Notes under the pieces: model-generated
What the model saw: only the letters and a program-made list of their open reading frames with translations
Database searches by the model: none
Told to the model about the DNA's origin: nothing
In this document: positions 49,989 through 63,334 of the stretch, piece after piece
Layout: every line of letters begins with the position of its first letter
Numbering within the stretch: the stretch's first letter is position 1
Assembly: GCA_010015805.1 (NCBI GenBank)
Contig: ML978130.1
Coordinates: 868,001-932,000 of the forward strand
Length of the DNA: 64,000 bases
Direction: 5' to 3'
From: Rhizodiscina lignyota
Lineage: Eukaryota
Program-made: the position numbers and the translations under genes

Positions 49989-52154
49989 GTCTTGGATAAG
50001 TTGTTTGCTCAAGGAGTAGAGGAGAAATAAACCAGGGTACAAAGCATCCCCTGAGCAATTGAGCCTCGATCATGGTCTGACGAAGCGTCAATTGCAGTAG
50101 TTGAAAAGGGACGAGGCGGTATAATGTCATGGCGGGCAGCGGCGAGAATGACTGGTGGACGAGTCCAAATTCGTCCAGGCCCTGCAGTGGTCGGGCTTGG
50201 CGCACGTGAAGGTTACGCGACCGCTTTCGACTTCACCTCACCTCTCCACTCACCAACCTCCTCCTCATCCACCGCACTCTTCGTGTCATCGGCCTTATTA
50301 TCGCTCATTTCAACAGGTGCGTCAAGTATAACGAGTCTCATCGGTCTTGGGCAGGATGGCACGTCGGGCTTCCTCACGACAGGAGGGGGCAGGTCGCTCG
50401 GGGTCTGGATTGACCTGTCGGTTCCCCGCCGAGCAAACTTCGACTTGATCACGGCAAACACGCCTTTACCTACGAGTACACAGGCTGTCGGATATTGGTT
50501 CTCCATACTGAAACATCATGGTCTGTTTTGGGAGGAAAGCGTGGAGCACATGAACACCAACGTGTCTTGTCAATCTCGGTGTGCTCTGTCCGTTGGCAGC
50601 ATACTGTGGACTCTCTCTATTTTGGGGAGAGACACTTTGCTTGTGAATTCCCTAATTGCTCGTGAATGTACTGTCGAGCTTTACCTATTGGGCGGCCGAT
50701 AGAACGAGACCTGGTCGATTTGTTGTAGGTTGAAATTTTCGGCTAACCCGACAGTCATCGACACGCATTAAAGGCGGTGGAGAGAAGTGTCGGAGGATGT
50801 CTTTATATTCAATGTTCACATCTGGAATCAGGGCAGTGGTGTATAAAGCGACATTGCGTTTCTCATCCTGAGCAGAGAGAAATAATCCAAAGGGACGTGG
50901 ATGGACGGCCGGTCATGACACCAACAAGGAGCGAACATATATTGACTCTGCATTCGTTTCGAGGCCACTTCTGTGGTGAAGACAGTTGCAGATGCTCGTC
51001 CAGCCCAGGAACGAAAGCTATTTCTCTTGTCGATGCGAAGCTTGGTGGATATCCAATATCGACTCACACACATGTCCGCCGAGTGCTTCCTTCACAAGAA
51101 GCCCAAATCTTGGGGTTGTTCTAGCGCCATCCTGACTTCGAGCGTAAACTACGCACAGCTTCCATTGTCCGCCGTTGGTCGACTACGGATATCCACGGTG
51201 GTGGCAGTGTCAAGAATGGTGGTCAGGTGGTGCCCATCCGCCACGGATACCGATTCCACTGCAACTCTGCCTGCCATCCTCTCATCCTAGGTATTTCAAG
51301 TCACGCTGAGTCTGATCCCCCGCCCAACAACATGGCCATTTACGGGGCATGGCAGATCAGCGGTAGATTCGACGTTCCGACGACCGATGCAATAATGCGC
51401 CGTGGACCCCACTGCTGTCTGTCTCCCAAGAAACTCGCTGTGCCACGCAGGCGTACTTACCAGGCTAGGTAAAGCAACACCAGCATAGCAAGCGATCGCT
51501 ATGGCGGAAGCGTCCACGGCCGAGTCTGGGAGTGCATGAGGCTTCTGCCGTCCGCGATGAAGCAGCTGTGAGGGGGGGGGGCAGGATGGGGATTAGATAG
51601 ATAGTGCATCAGTGCTGCGTCGTGAATTTGCCACTGCTCAGCTCGGGATACCCTGTCAAAGATCTGGGGTCTTGGCGGGATGGGCCAGTGGCCTCGAGCG
51701 CTTCCCGCAAGACGCACAAAGAATTGCGCGACACCTGCCGTGAATTATGCACGGCTGCTGAAGAGAAGGTCCACGGAAGATCCCTACTAACGCGACTCTT
51801 GGATTTAGATACAGGGCGCTGGTGGTGGGCGAGCGCAGTGCAGTCCCGCGAAATCGGCGCGGCAGCTGGACCGGTCGGATTGGATTGGGACGAGCGGAGC
51901 CGCGCACCTTCAGAGGAGGCTCACCAACCCACCCTCGAAGTGCCTCTCCACAAGCAGTGCGTGCCGACTGGGCATTGGGGAGGAGAGCGATTGAGCATCT
52001 TGGCCGTTCCTATTTCGCAGTCTGCTTCATTCGCCGTTTTCCTTGCGCTGGGTAGGTGTGTCTTGAGCAACGCCTTTCCTCTCGTTGTTTCGCTCCGCCG
52101 CGGGTCGCGTATGCACACCCCAACTCTCAATGGCAATGACTTGAATCCGTCTTT

Positions 52155-55100
52155 ATGGCTGCATCACACCGGGCCCCGCCGCCATCAGACACTTGGAGGC
52201 CTGAAACATCTAGAGAGAGGCGCGCAGACAGAGCTGCTGCCGAGCGCAAGCTTGACGTAGACCGGGGACGCTCGCCTGTGTCGTCGGCTCGCACAGCGCC
52301 AGCCCACGACACGCCGTCCAAGGCAGTGAGCCAGCCGGCTGCGGAAGACCACCACTCCTCTTCTAAACTTTCTCGTGCACCCTCTCACCACCGAGGCAAA
52401 AGTAGGCATCGCCGCAGCAGTAGAGGACGCTCTGCAACTCTGTCGCCGCCACAAGGGGCTTCGGACGTGTATCGGCCGGGCAGAGGAGGGAGAGGCCCAA
52501 GTGCTGAGCGCACTTCACACTCTCACCGTCATCACCACCAGTCTCCCCCATCAACAAAACGCCGCCGGAGCATCAGCCCATCCACCACTCGCGATCACAA
52601 GCTCAAGCGGAGAAGGAGTAGAAGTTTTGAGCGTTCACCTTCGCGCCCCCGCCGCTACGAAGAGACTTCGCGCAGACACCTCGATCGACCTGTGTCGCCT
52701 CGACCACCCATCTCAGAGCGTCAAACATCTCGACGCATCTCCCCACATCATCACAACAGCTCCACTCGCCGTCGCCGCTCTCCTTCCGTCGATTCATATT
52801 ATCGCCCTCTATCCAAACACCGCAAGCGATCTCCATCTCCCGACCGCCGATATCCCTCCAAGCGAGCGACTACCCCTCGACGAGAATCCCCACAAAGGAA
52901 ACAACATCGGCATAATACATCTGAAAGGGAAGAGAGGCCAAAATCTCATAAAGACCGGTATCCTCGAGACAGGTCTCAGCCTAGGCGGGATAAAGATAAC
53001 GCGGGCCTGGAATTGTTTCCATCTCGGAGTCGCCGTTCGATTTCTCCAAGAACCTCTCATCGAAGAAGATCAGCATCGCCTCTGCGCAAAAGGCGTTCGC
53101 CTGAGAGGACGCGCGTGGAGAGGCAGCGGAGAGACCCTAGTCCGAGGTTGTCGACACAACGAAAACCATCACGTTCACCATCCACTTTAAAATTCAAAGG
53201 CTCCGTAACCGCGAAGAAGGATTCGTCCATTTCGGATAAACCACAGTCGCGTCGACCCTCTCCCGGAGCCGAATCGGAATACCATTCTGACGCAGAGAAA
53301 TCGACCAACGACAACATGAATCCATATCCCATGCGAGGACGTCCAAATCGTCCGCCACTCGACACAAGACAATACTCAAATTCTCCGCCATACATGCAGC
53401 AAAATCAAGGTTCACCACATGGCCAGTCACCATACGCCAACAACCGTGGTGGTTGGGGAGGACAAGGGCAGTACGGCAGTCATCAAGGGTAAGTCTTGGA
53501 ATGAAGTTAGTCATTGCCATGTTTATGCGTGCTAATCTTACGAACAGATCGCCAGCTCATGCGTACTCGCCGCAGCAGACATCTCCATACCAACAATATC
53601 CATCTGCAGGACCATCGCCTCAGAGCGGATATTTCCCTAACCAACAGTATGGTGGCTCACCACCGAACCAGCAACAAGGCGGCTACCCGCAACAAAATTT
53701 CCGCGGTGCTCATGGTGCCTATCGTGGCAACCATACACCTCAGACTGATAGGAGATTCTCAGCACCAACCCAAGCCTATACACCACCAGCCAATAATGCA
53801 CGAGGCCGAGGAGCAGGTCATTTCAGCAACTTGTCATGGACACCTGCCACTGGAAGCAGAGGTGGCAGAGCGCCAATTGACAAGCATCGAAGCATACCGG
53901 CGCCAAACACAGCAGCAGCGTTGGAAGAGCAACAAACTGCAGAGAGCGATGCTGCTGAAGAAGACGATAATCCTTTCAGACCCTCCAAGGATCTTCGTGT
54001 GGAAGACAAGTCGGCAAAGAAGGAAAAGGAGGAAATGGCTCCACCAGAGAAGCCAGCTACGGCAGCTGCCGAATCCACCGGTCCAAAGATAAGCTTTGCG
54101 ATCAAGTCGAAGACTGGGCCTCCACCAGCAGCGGCACCTAAGCCAGATCTACTACAAAAAGCCAAGGACCCGCCTCCACCTCCGAAACCGCAACCGCAGC
54201 TGCAACCACAACATCCACCCCGATCAACCACGATACCTCCGGCGCGTTCAGTATCAGATACAAGAGAACGCTGGGATGCAAGAAATGGGCGGCGAGAGGA
54301 CCACAGGGAAGATTACAGATCCGAGTTCAGACCAACAGGACTCAGACCTGACTACAGAAATGACTATAGGTCGGATTACAAGCCCGAAAGCAGGTATACG
54401 GATCCGAGACCGGCGAAGCGCCCGGAACCTCGTCCCGAACCACGTCCCGAACCGCCGCCAAAGCGCATGGAGAAAGTTATTAGGAAGCGGATAAAAGCAA
54501 GGCCTACATTGACTGATGAGTTTAAGGCATCGGACTCTGTGTATTACAGGAAGCCTGGCAATGAATCCGTCGTTGGCTCGGGAACATATGGCAAGGTCTT
54601 CAAGGCGATACATGTGTATACAAAGGACATGGTTGCCTTGAAGAAGATTCGCATGGAAGGTGAACGAGATGGGGTGAGTACACTTTGACGGGTAGCAAGA
54701 CCTCCTTACTAATACATGCGTAGTTCCCAGTCACTGCAGTCCGCGAGATCAAGCTTCTGCAATCGCTCAACCACGATAACGTCGTCAAGCTGCTGGAAGT
54801 CATGGTCGAGAAGAACGACTGCTTTATGGTGTTCGAATATCTCTCTCACGACTTGACCGGCCTGCTTAATCATCCTACCTTCAAGCTCGATGATGCGCAG
54901 AAAAAGGACCTGGCGAAACAACTTTTCGAAGGACTAGACTACTTGCACAGGAGAGGTGTACTGCACCGCGATATCAAGGCTGCAAATATCCTCATCAGCA
55001 ATGAGGGTCAGCTTAAGCTTGCAGACTTTGGCCTAGCGCGCTTCTACGCCAAACGAGGCCACAAGCTAGACTACACGAATCGAGTCATCACAATATGGTA

Positions 55101-55719
55101 CCGCAGCCCAGAACTATTGCTCGGCGAGACCCAGTACGGTCCCGCAGTAGACATCTGGTCAGCAGCATGCGTACTGGTTGAAATATTCACAAACCATGCA
55201 ATCTTCCCTGGAGATGGCGGCGAGATCAACCAGCTCGACAAGATCTACAACGTCCTCGGCACCCCGACGAAGGACGCTTGGCCTAGCATCGTCGACATGC
55301 AGTGGTTCGAGCTACTACGGCCAGCGAAACGAATCGAGTCAACGTTCGCAGAGAAGTATCGCGAGCGCGTCACACCCGCGGCGTTTGGACTGCTGGAAGC
55401 GATGCTCGCGTTCGATCCAGCGGCGAGGCCGTCGGCTTCGGACGTCCTGGAACATCCGTACTTCGCGAGTGAAGAGCCCGCGCCAGAGAGGGCGGTGGAA
55501 CTGAAGGAGTTGCAAGGCGATTGGCATGAGTTTGAGAGCAAGGCGTTGAGGAAGGAGAAGGAGAGGCAAGAACGGGAGACGAGGAAAGAGAGGGAGAGGG
55601 AGAAGAGAAGGGCGGAGGAGGCGCCGGAGCCGATGCCTGAGGCGAAGAGGGTAAAGTCGAAGGAAGGGGATGGAGAGGTGGCAGTGGAGGTGGAGCATGA
55701 GATCATGATGGTGGAGTGA
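52155..55719 (+). CDS. CTK1: RNA Pol II CTD Ser2 kinase (Ctk1/Lsk1, CDK12-like) with RS-rich N-terminus
   Basis: GSGTYGKV, DG-FPVTAVREIKLL, HRDIK, DFGLAR and YTNRVITIWYR; introns 53489-53547 and 54674-54723. Confidence 0.93.
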
Positions 55720-58700
55720 TTGTTTGGCGGTGAGGATCATGATTTGGTTGATTTGATTTGCGGAGCATAGCATTTTCCCGCCCTCCTTGAGGGCTGCAAA
55801 GGAAAGGATTCAAAAGCGATTCATGCTTCTATGTGTTGTTCTCGATGCGACGACGAGGGTTGAAGATACGGCTTGGTGCATTCGAACAGCAACGTCACCC
55901 ACCATCGCGGGGATCGGTGACTGGCGGCTGTTTTCCTTCCTGTACTGTATCTACGTTGACTTAGACTCAATACCCCGAGAGCGGGTGGGGGCTTTTTGGA
56001 ATCCTTAGAACTTTTTGCTGCACGACAGAAGAGCCCTCCCACTCGCCAGACCTTGTAAGACAGCGTGGACCGCGTGTGCGGCCGCGGCCTGGGATACCTT
56101 ACAGATTGCTGTGCATGCGCGTCGGTGAACGGTCACGTTGTTCTGCCGATCTACAAATTTTCTTCCGATGGGCTGATGCGAAGGTAGAGATGCGCTGGCA
56201 TGTGGCTTGCTTGGGTTATTGTCATGAGGCGTGACGTGCATCTGCATCCTGAGAAGTCGCTAGGCGAAAAGTCTCTTAGCTACAGACGTACAGCTGGAGC
56301 TGCAGCTGGCGGGTTTAAAAATCTGGAGAAGAGGAATCGGAGAGTTCATGGAGGGTGAGGCCGTGGAGCAATTGGCTCCTTTCGTATGTGAATAGAGTTT
56401 GCGGCCTTTCACCGCTCTGTTGGCGTTGGCACTGCGGGGCAGAGAAATGGGTGTGGCGGGGAGGCTTTTGATATTGAATGCAGATGTTTTCTAGCGATGC
56501 AGACAATGACGATGGTGGCGGTGGCTTCATGTACAGTGGGTAGAAAGGTGGCTGGGAAACGGATGGAAAGAGACGTCATTATCAGGCTGTCGGGTTTACG
56601 AGGTGTCTGTCGGGAGCTGGAAATATCAAGGATACCTACCTTTTTCATGACTCGTAGTTCTTTCTTTGTGGAGATGGAGTTGATGAGTGGCTTTTCTCTT
56701 GTGTGAAGTATAGAGACAGGGAGCACGATAGCCTTTGAAAGTAGTCGTCATCTGTAGGATGTCGTCAGCGTTTAAATGAATAGGAGAAGCTTGTGCAATT
56801 TCGTTCTGAAGTGCGCCATAAGCAAACAGATGGACGCTGCTACTTTTAGAATAGAGGAAATTGAGCATTTGGGGGACGAATGAGCGTCGAGCTCCTCGAG
56901 CAATTTTCGCAGTGGCTGCTCACGACATCCGAAGGCCCAATATGCTTGACGCCTACGGAGTACAGGAAAGCGCTCATGTGCATCGAGTCCATCACATTCC
57001 ACAGCATTCACGCAAGATGGCTGGGGAAAGTGGAGCGACACATCTGCAGAGCGCAACTGGCCGAGTCATGCCTCTATCCTAACCGCTGCCATGAGCCGCG
57101 AAAACGGTACGATCGAGTCCTGACTTTCTTTGTTGTCACATGCATCAATGTGACTGGCGATATTGCGGCGGTATATTCTCAGCGCCTGCGATGTCTCCCT
57201 GCCACCGAAATATGTGGCATTGTTTATGAGGCTGCACGAGGCTTCACGAGGGGGTTGTTGATCTTGGATTGAAATTACGAAAGTGAACGCATTGAATGTC
57301 AATGAGATAATTAGAAAGGTCTCTATGAGCTTTGAATTTGGTTGTTAAAGCTCAAGATTAACTCATTCGAGAAAGATAACGAGCCCGTGGAAGAGGGTTG
57401 CAAGCATAAGGGACAAGGGCATGGAAAGCCCTCGGAGCGCCGTTTGAGATGTATTATCGCCACCCATGTCAATATCCGCCCGAGCTTCGTTCCAGATGTC
57501 GCAATACCTTTCCGCCTGATGGGTCGGGCCCTATCCCCCGCAAACGTGGTTTCGAGCAGCAGTTTCGCACGGCGGTGAAACGCTGCAGCTGGCGGCTAAT
57601 GACGACATGTTTGAGCAACAATTGCCAAATCCTGATGGAAGAACTTACAACACACATGAGACGGGAGTTGGCACGTTGACGGGTCAGTACCAGGCGGAAA
57701 GCAGGAAATCGACTCGCCACATGCGAATTGGCCATCATACAGCTGTATGCGCCGAATTGGAGGTGATGACCTGTCGATCGTCTCGCAGAGACGCCAGCAC
57801 ACCAGGAATCCGCCAGGAGGTCGATGTTCACAGGCTTTCAGCGCTCTGCATCTGTGATTTCCTGGAACGTACCATACTTCATTTACTTGAGCATAAGGAT
57901 GCTGTCCTTACACCGTCAATCTCCGAATTCTCGTATGTGTGGAGGCGAAAATATCTAGAAGGGGCGTCTACAGTAAGTAGATTCAATTGTGTTGCTCATC
58001 AGCACCGTCTCCTTCCTCAGTCATCAAAAAGTCACCGCGATCGTGTTTACAAAGGGATATCTGCCGAGGGTGGTGTTCGTGGTGCTTCGCGACTCGGTTA
58101 CCTTCTCGAAGCTCCCTAGCTCCCGGCTTCAAGACACGACAGAGTGCGCTAGTGCCTGAACCACCACGTAGCCCACCAGAGTTTGCCCTCGGCGACTTCG
58201 CGGCGGTGATAACAATTGCTTCTTCTCGCTGCCTGAGCAGAGCGCGAGTTTTCAGGAATGTTTGAAGACGCGTTTGGAGAGGACGTTTGAAGCTGTTATG
58301 GAAACAAGACGAAAAGCTGGTCACCCTTGCACAGCGCCAAACGACTTTGTTACACACTTTTCCATCCTTGCTCCATGTCTTTCCTCGGTGATCCAACGGC
58401 TTGTGCGACGAGTGCTGGTGCGGTGGGACCTCTCACGATCGCTCACCGGGATTCTGGGAGCGCGGGAGCCAGATGGCTCGATGCAGTGGCGCTGTCTGAC
58501 CTGCATGGCTTTTCCTGGACAGCAAGCAGTCAAAGCACATTCTTCTCGCTTGCTTTGCCCCGCCCAACAGACCACTTCTTCTCCATGGGCTCAAACCGCC
58601 TTGCCAGGGCTCCTTGCTGCCACTCATGCTGCTTGCCACCCCTCCAGTGCCTGAGGGCTCGCGGCCGTTCGACTCGGCGCGTTTGCGTTGTTTTTGGCTG

Positions 58701-59525
58701 AGATCTCCCACTCCCTCAACGCCCTCAACGGACGACGCGGGAACAGATGCAGAGAAAACGCACCGATTTTGCTCGGCGCTAAGCCGCATGGGAAGAAGGT
58801 ACCTTGCGCCGTTGCATGCGACACTGCGTTGTGATCGCAGGCACGACAGCGCACTCGACAACATTTGCTGCAGCTTGCAGCAGCATGCAGCATCTAAAGG
58901 CCGGAGGAGCAGTCGCCTGTCCACTGGCCAGCTGGTCAGACGGCGACAGGGGTGCTAGCTGTCGTTTAATGCTGGCCCATTTGAAACCCTTCCTCACCGT
59001 TGCGTGCTCCAATCCCACCGCGAAGCCCTCCCTCACCCTCCCCTGCCACAATTCTTCCCGCCGGTTTATCCTCATTAGCTTCCTCATGCCACACACAAAT
59101 CCTCGACACGAGAAGTCATATGCCCCGAGGCCCCTTTCTTATCAGAACAACCCAGGCCATCCCGATCTCGCTGCCCATCAGCGTGCTATTTGAAACCCAT
59201 TAGTACATGCCCCGGCTCTCGTGGACGCAAGGCGCAATATAATTTCGACTGCACCCGGTACATCGTCTTTTTTAGGACTCGCCCAACACCCACGCGCGCC
59301 ACTCCCGCTCCCTAAAGTGAAGACTGGAAATTCTGATCGCTGCTGAACCGCAGGCGGGTGTCGGCGCGTGATTGAGTCGTGATCATTTCACAACGCCATA
59401 TTCTGGGGAAGGCGCCGAATTTTTATTTCTCCAAGGCGCGCTTTGCTACGGGTGCAACACAAGCACTGACCGGTTGAAAACGCGGCCTTAACCTGAGCGA
59501 ATCTCTAACCGGCCTCGATTCAACA

Positions 59526-60788
59526 ATGGCGGTCTCCTTGCCGCCTCACATCCAACAATGGACCATGCAAGTGCTTGGGAAAGAAGTTTTTGGGAGCACG
59601 CGCGTGACGCGTGCTGAACGATCCAATTCTGGCTCTACTTCACCAGACTTCGACAACGACTACAAATTCGACCTCGCCAACGAAGAGATCTACCAAACAG
59701 CTGACGAGAAGGAAATCGAAATTGACTATCAAGAAAGATATCTTTCCTCAGAAGAAGACCTTTCACCAATGGAGGAGTTCGACGACAACGAAAGCTTCCA
59801 TAGCTTCGACAATGAGGAGGAGATTATCGAGAGTGAAGAGTCGGACGACGATGACTTTGACGAAGAGAAGGCCATTGAGGCCTATGCCGCCCAGGAGTGG
59901 AAGGCAGACGTGACAGCCACCGTGGTGTCCTTCTATACAGGTAGAGCAAAGGTCGTAGAAGTTCTTCCTTCGCCAGCTTCTTCCCCTACGACATCACAAA
60001 TACCATCAAGAGACGCATCACTTGTCAAGACCGGAAACAATCGCGCCAGGCCACGTCCTCTAATCTCGAACAATCGCGTCACTAGACTCTCCAGTGATTC
60101 CACGCCGCAGATGTCACTCCCTCCGCGTGAGAGCTCTCTGGAGAATGCCAATTCGTTCAGCAACAGGATGTCCAACGTCCGCAATGAACCACAGCGCTCT
60201 TCAATCTACACTATCAATACCGCCACTACATCACCTCCACGTTTCTTCCACAATAACCGCCGTGCTTCCGTCGCAGATCCTGCTGCTTTGGCTCATGAAC
60301 CTTTTTGGCCTCTTATGCCCGACAGGCCTGTCACCCCTGCCACGCCGACCACCCCGACAGCAGAGACTCCGCGTAAGCCTCGCCACGGTCGATTGAAGTC
60401 ACTCTCACGTCTCGGTCTCTTCAAGAGCGCGACAAAGTCGCGTGCCGACGGTCTTAGAAGCACCAGCTCCACTCATCTTCCTTACACCGCGCCTCCGATG
60501 CCGAGCTACCCAGCTCCTCCTCCACCAATTCCCGCACCGCTGACTCGGGGTACCTTCGCCCCCGCACCGTTCGTGAGGCCGCAGACTGCGAAGCTGGTGG
60601 CTCGCGGGGCGGATGAGCGGGATTCGGGCATCTCCGAAGTAGCGGCTATGCTCGGAGGTCGGAGGAAGGGCAGAGGGGCGGGAAGTGATGGTGACGACGA
60701 AGTGACTGATGGGGAAGGCATTGTGCGAGAGAGGCGCGCGAGCAGACAGAAACTCAGGAAGAGGAAGAGTGTGTATGGACTGGATTGA
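59526..60788 (+). CDS. Hypothetical, largely disordered protein
   Basis: 420-aa ORF with CAACAATGG start context, acidic tract, YLSSEEDLSP and KLVARGADER motifs. Confidence 0.8.
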   Translation: MAVSLPPHIQQWTMQVLGKEVFGSTRVTRAERSNSGSTSPDFDNDYKFDLANEEIYQTADEKEIEIDYQERYLSSEEDLSPMEEFDDNESFHSFDNEEEIIESEESDDDDFDEEKAIEAYAAQEWKADVTATVVSFYTGRAKVVEVLPSPASSPTTSQIPSRDASLVKTGNNRARPRPLISNNRVTRLSSDSTPQMSLPPRESSLENANSFSNRMSNVRNEPQRSSIYTINTATTSPPRFFHNNRRASVADPAALAHEPFWPLMPDRPVTPATPTTPTAETPRKPRHGRLKSLSRLGLFKSATKSRADGLRSTSSTHLPYTAPPMPSYPAPPPPIPAPLTRGTFAPAPFVRPQTAKLVARGADERDSGISEVAAMLGGRRKGRGAGSDGDDEVTDGEGIVRERRASRQKLRKRKSVYGLD

Positions 60789-61548
60789 CGGGATACGGAG
60801 AGTCACTCGGATGGGTGATATGACGAAGAAAAACCTTGCGACGCGAGATACAGAGAGCCTGAATTGGACGAAAAACGCGACAGTGTCGCGAGACGACGAA
60901 CATTTTTCCTGATCTTCTTGTCGATATTGAGATACCCCGAACACTCTACTACACATTCGCTACGCCGGCTATGGTTTCCTCGGCGACCCTCACTCCAGGA
61001 TACGACGAGAAAAAGTCTCACTGCTTTTGAACTATCTTGTGCTTGTCTACTACAGGACATTTGGTGTTGTGATGATGGAATATTATGGATGGAATGCGTC
61101 ATGACACAGTTTCTACTACTCGATGCTCCTAATTGGTGGAGCAGTTCGCGGCGTTGGATCACGATTCCCCATTTGCAGTTGGCATCCATGTTTGATTTGA
61201 GTTTTCTCATTTTCACTTGATCTCGGCTCCTACGAGAGGATGCTTGGCAGTTGGCAGTCAAGTCGGTCGCTTACGGCTCATACCCAAGACAGGGTATTGC
61301 ATATGGGTATTCCTCACTCATTTCTCCGATCTTCGATCGCAGGGGGCATGGTATTCACTTTTACCGTTTACGCCAGCCACGAGACACAGATCAGGATAGA
61401 CGAGCGTTTTGACGACCGCATTGGAATAGCGATGAGCGCAATGGCGGACAGCCATCAAGCCCATAAGGCTTGGCCATTCGCTCCCACTCAGGTCAACCAG
61501 AAAGTTAATGAAAAAAGCGAAATTGCCATACCTCCTTCATCTTGTGTC

Positions 61549-62278
61549 TGAAGTGTTTGGGAATACGAGGGCCTAAGCTGCTCCTAGCGCACTAAACGAG
61601 ATCGAATAGGTTAATTCTCCCACACCTGTTCAGGCAGGACGACCACCAGAGCGGCCGTTCAGCCGAAAAGGGCCTCTCGCGTATTCGCGTCTGTCCGATT
61701 TGTCTGAACGCAGTCTCGAATGGTGCGGTGACACTTCCATCCTGGAAGCCTTACTGGGCCGCAACGCCATCGCAATCTGCAATCTTTTTTCTTTTCGTTG
61801 CTGGGGGTCCTTGCAACAACCAAGCGCTGTTTGTGTGATGTATCTTCCCCTGAATTGAATGTTGCGCTCATGGATCTCATTGGGTGCTTATACAGAGGCC
61901 TAAGGGCCTCTAGTTTCTAGCAGAAGAGCCTAGAGCGACTAGCCGTGAAAGCGAAATTCCTGTCAGAACTCTGTATAGCGGCTTGTTGGTTGGAGAAGGG
62001 CTGTTTAGCCGAAACTGGCCCCTGGCCCTGGGTTGGCCTCTGCTTCCCCATCTTGAATGGAGATGGCTGGGTCTTCCCAACACTCTGGGTGCCCTTGTCC
62101 CCACGCCCGGGTGCTGGTAGCCAGCCACGAGCACCTAGCCATGGGGTACCCGGAACAGTCATGCCGATTCCTCCGGCGCGGACGGCGGGAACTCGGGTAT
62201 CACCTCAGAACTCTAAGGGCGATGTGTTCTGCAGAACTTCGGATGCGAAATGAGCTTGCTGACTTCCAAAACTCTTCA
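61549..62278 (+). ncRNA. Candidate large structured RNA (ncRNA or structured leader) upstream of YIH1
   Basis: Dense series of helices with G-U pairs and a possible long-range closing helix; no credible ORF. Confidence 0.45.
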
Positions 62279-62440
62279 AATTTCAACTGCTGACGCCCAG
62301 TATTTTGAGCGCCGAAAAGCTTGAGACACAACATCTCGGGCGGCTGTTTGTGCGACCCCGCCAAAAATAGCTGAAGGAAGAAAGAAGAAAGGAGAGGACG
62401 CGACGAGAAGAGCTGCGCAGAGCGAAATAATGGAAGGACG

Positions 62441-63334
62441 ATGACTAGCTCCACCTTAGAGGACGAGCTCCTCTCTCTCAATTCAATATATGGCGATGAG
62501 ACACTCGTCGTAACCTCAAGCTCCGCAGAAGCGGAAGGCGTGGACGCGGTCCTCAAGCTGCCGTCCCATCCGTCCATCTCGCTCCGCCTGTTCTTCCCTT
62601 CAACGTACTCCGATGATCCGCCCGCTGTGCTCGGGACGCAATCCGTAGGCGAAGATGTTGCGAAGGGTGGAGGACAAGTCGCTGTGCGCGTCGCAAAGCA
62701 CATACTGGAGAAAGTATGGAGGCCAGGCGACGCCTGCATGTATGACCTATGCGAGGAGGTCCAAGATGTGCTGGAGCAGGAGCTGGAAGACGCTCATATC
62801 TCTACGCACAAGGACGACATTGAGAATCTACAGGACTCGGCTGTCTCCCGTGAGGAAGTCGCTGCGCCTCAGCAAGGCTCGCTCGATGCAGCGGCACTCG
62901 GCGAGGCTCCCGCATGGGTCTTGTCAGACGTCATAACGGAGAAGAAATCCGTGTTCGTAGCTCGCTGTGTTGCGGTGTCATCTGTGGACGAAGCGCAGCG
63001 CTGCATAGCGCATCTCCTAGCGACGGACAAACGTGCTGCGAAGGCGACGCACAACATTTCAGCCTGGCGGATCCGCGCTTTACCTGACTCGGCTGCATAT
63101 CAAGATTTTGATGATGATGGCGAGACAGCGGCGGGCGGGAGATTACTAAAGCTGCTACAGATGATGGATGTTTGGAACCTCGTGGTTGTGGTGAGTAGAT
63201 GGTATGGTGGGATACTACTCGGGCCGGCACGGTTTGCGATCATTAATGAGGCTGCGAGGGGCGCGGTGGTCAATTGGCAGACGATGACTGGGATTGGCAA
63301 GGCTGAGGCGAAGGGCAAGAAGGGGAAGAAGTGA
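62441..63334 (+). CDS. YIH1: IMPACT/Yih1 family protein (RWD plus UPF0029 domains)
   Basis: DELLSLNSIYG and FPSTY (RWD); EKKSVF, ATHNISAWR, DDDGETAAGGRLL and SRWYGGILLGPARF. Confidence 0.95.
   Translation: MTSSTLEDELLSLNSIYGDETLVVTSSSAEAEGVDAVLKLPSHPSISLRLFFPSTYSDDPPAVLGTQSVGEDVAKGGGQVAVRVAKHILEKVWRPGDACMYDLCEEVQDVLEQELEDAHISTHKDDIENLQDSAVSREEVAAPQQGSLDAAALGEAPAWVLSDVITEKKSVFVARCVAVSSVDEAQRCIAHLLATDKRAAKATHNISAWRIRALPDSAAYQDFDDDGETAAGGRLLKLLQMMDVWNLVVVVSRWYGGILLGPARFAIINEAARGAVVNWQTMTGIGKAEAKGKKGKK

Noticed and set aside
56000..59400. Many short overlapping ORFs, including 56880-57272
   Set aside because: No recognisable motifs or consistent exon structure; a small orphan gene cannot be excluded.
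61915..61965. Hammerhead ribozyme (CAGAAGAG...GAAA)
   Set aside because: The core would need CUGANGA, and the stems do not fit the topology.
60790..62440. Telomerase RNA
   Set aside because: I found no TAACCCTAA-type template on either strand; GCCTAAGC would imply TTAGGC telomeres, for which there is no support.
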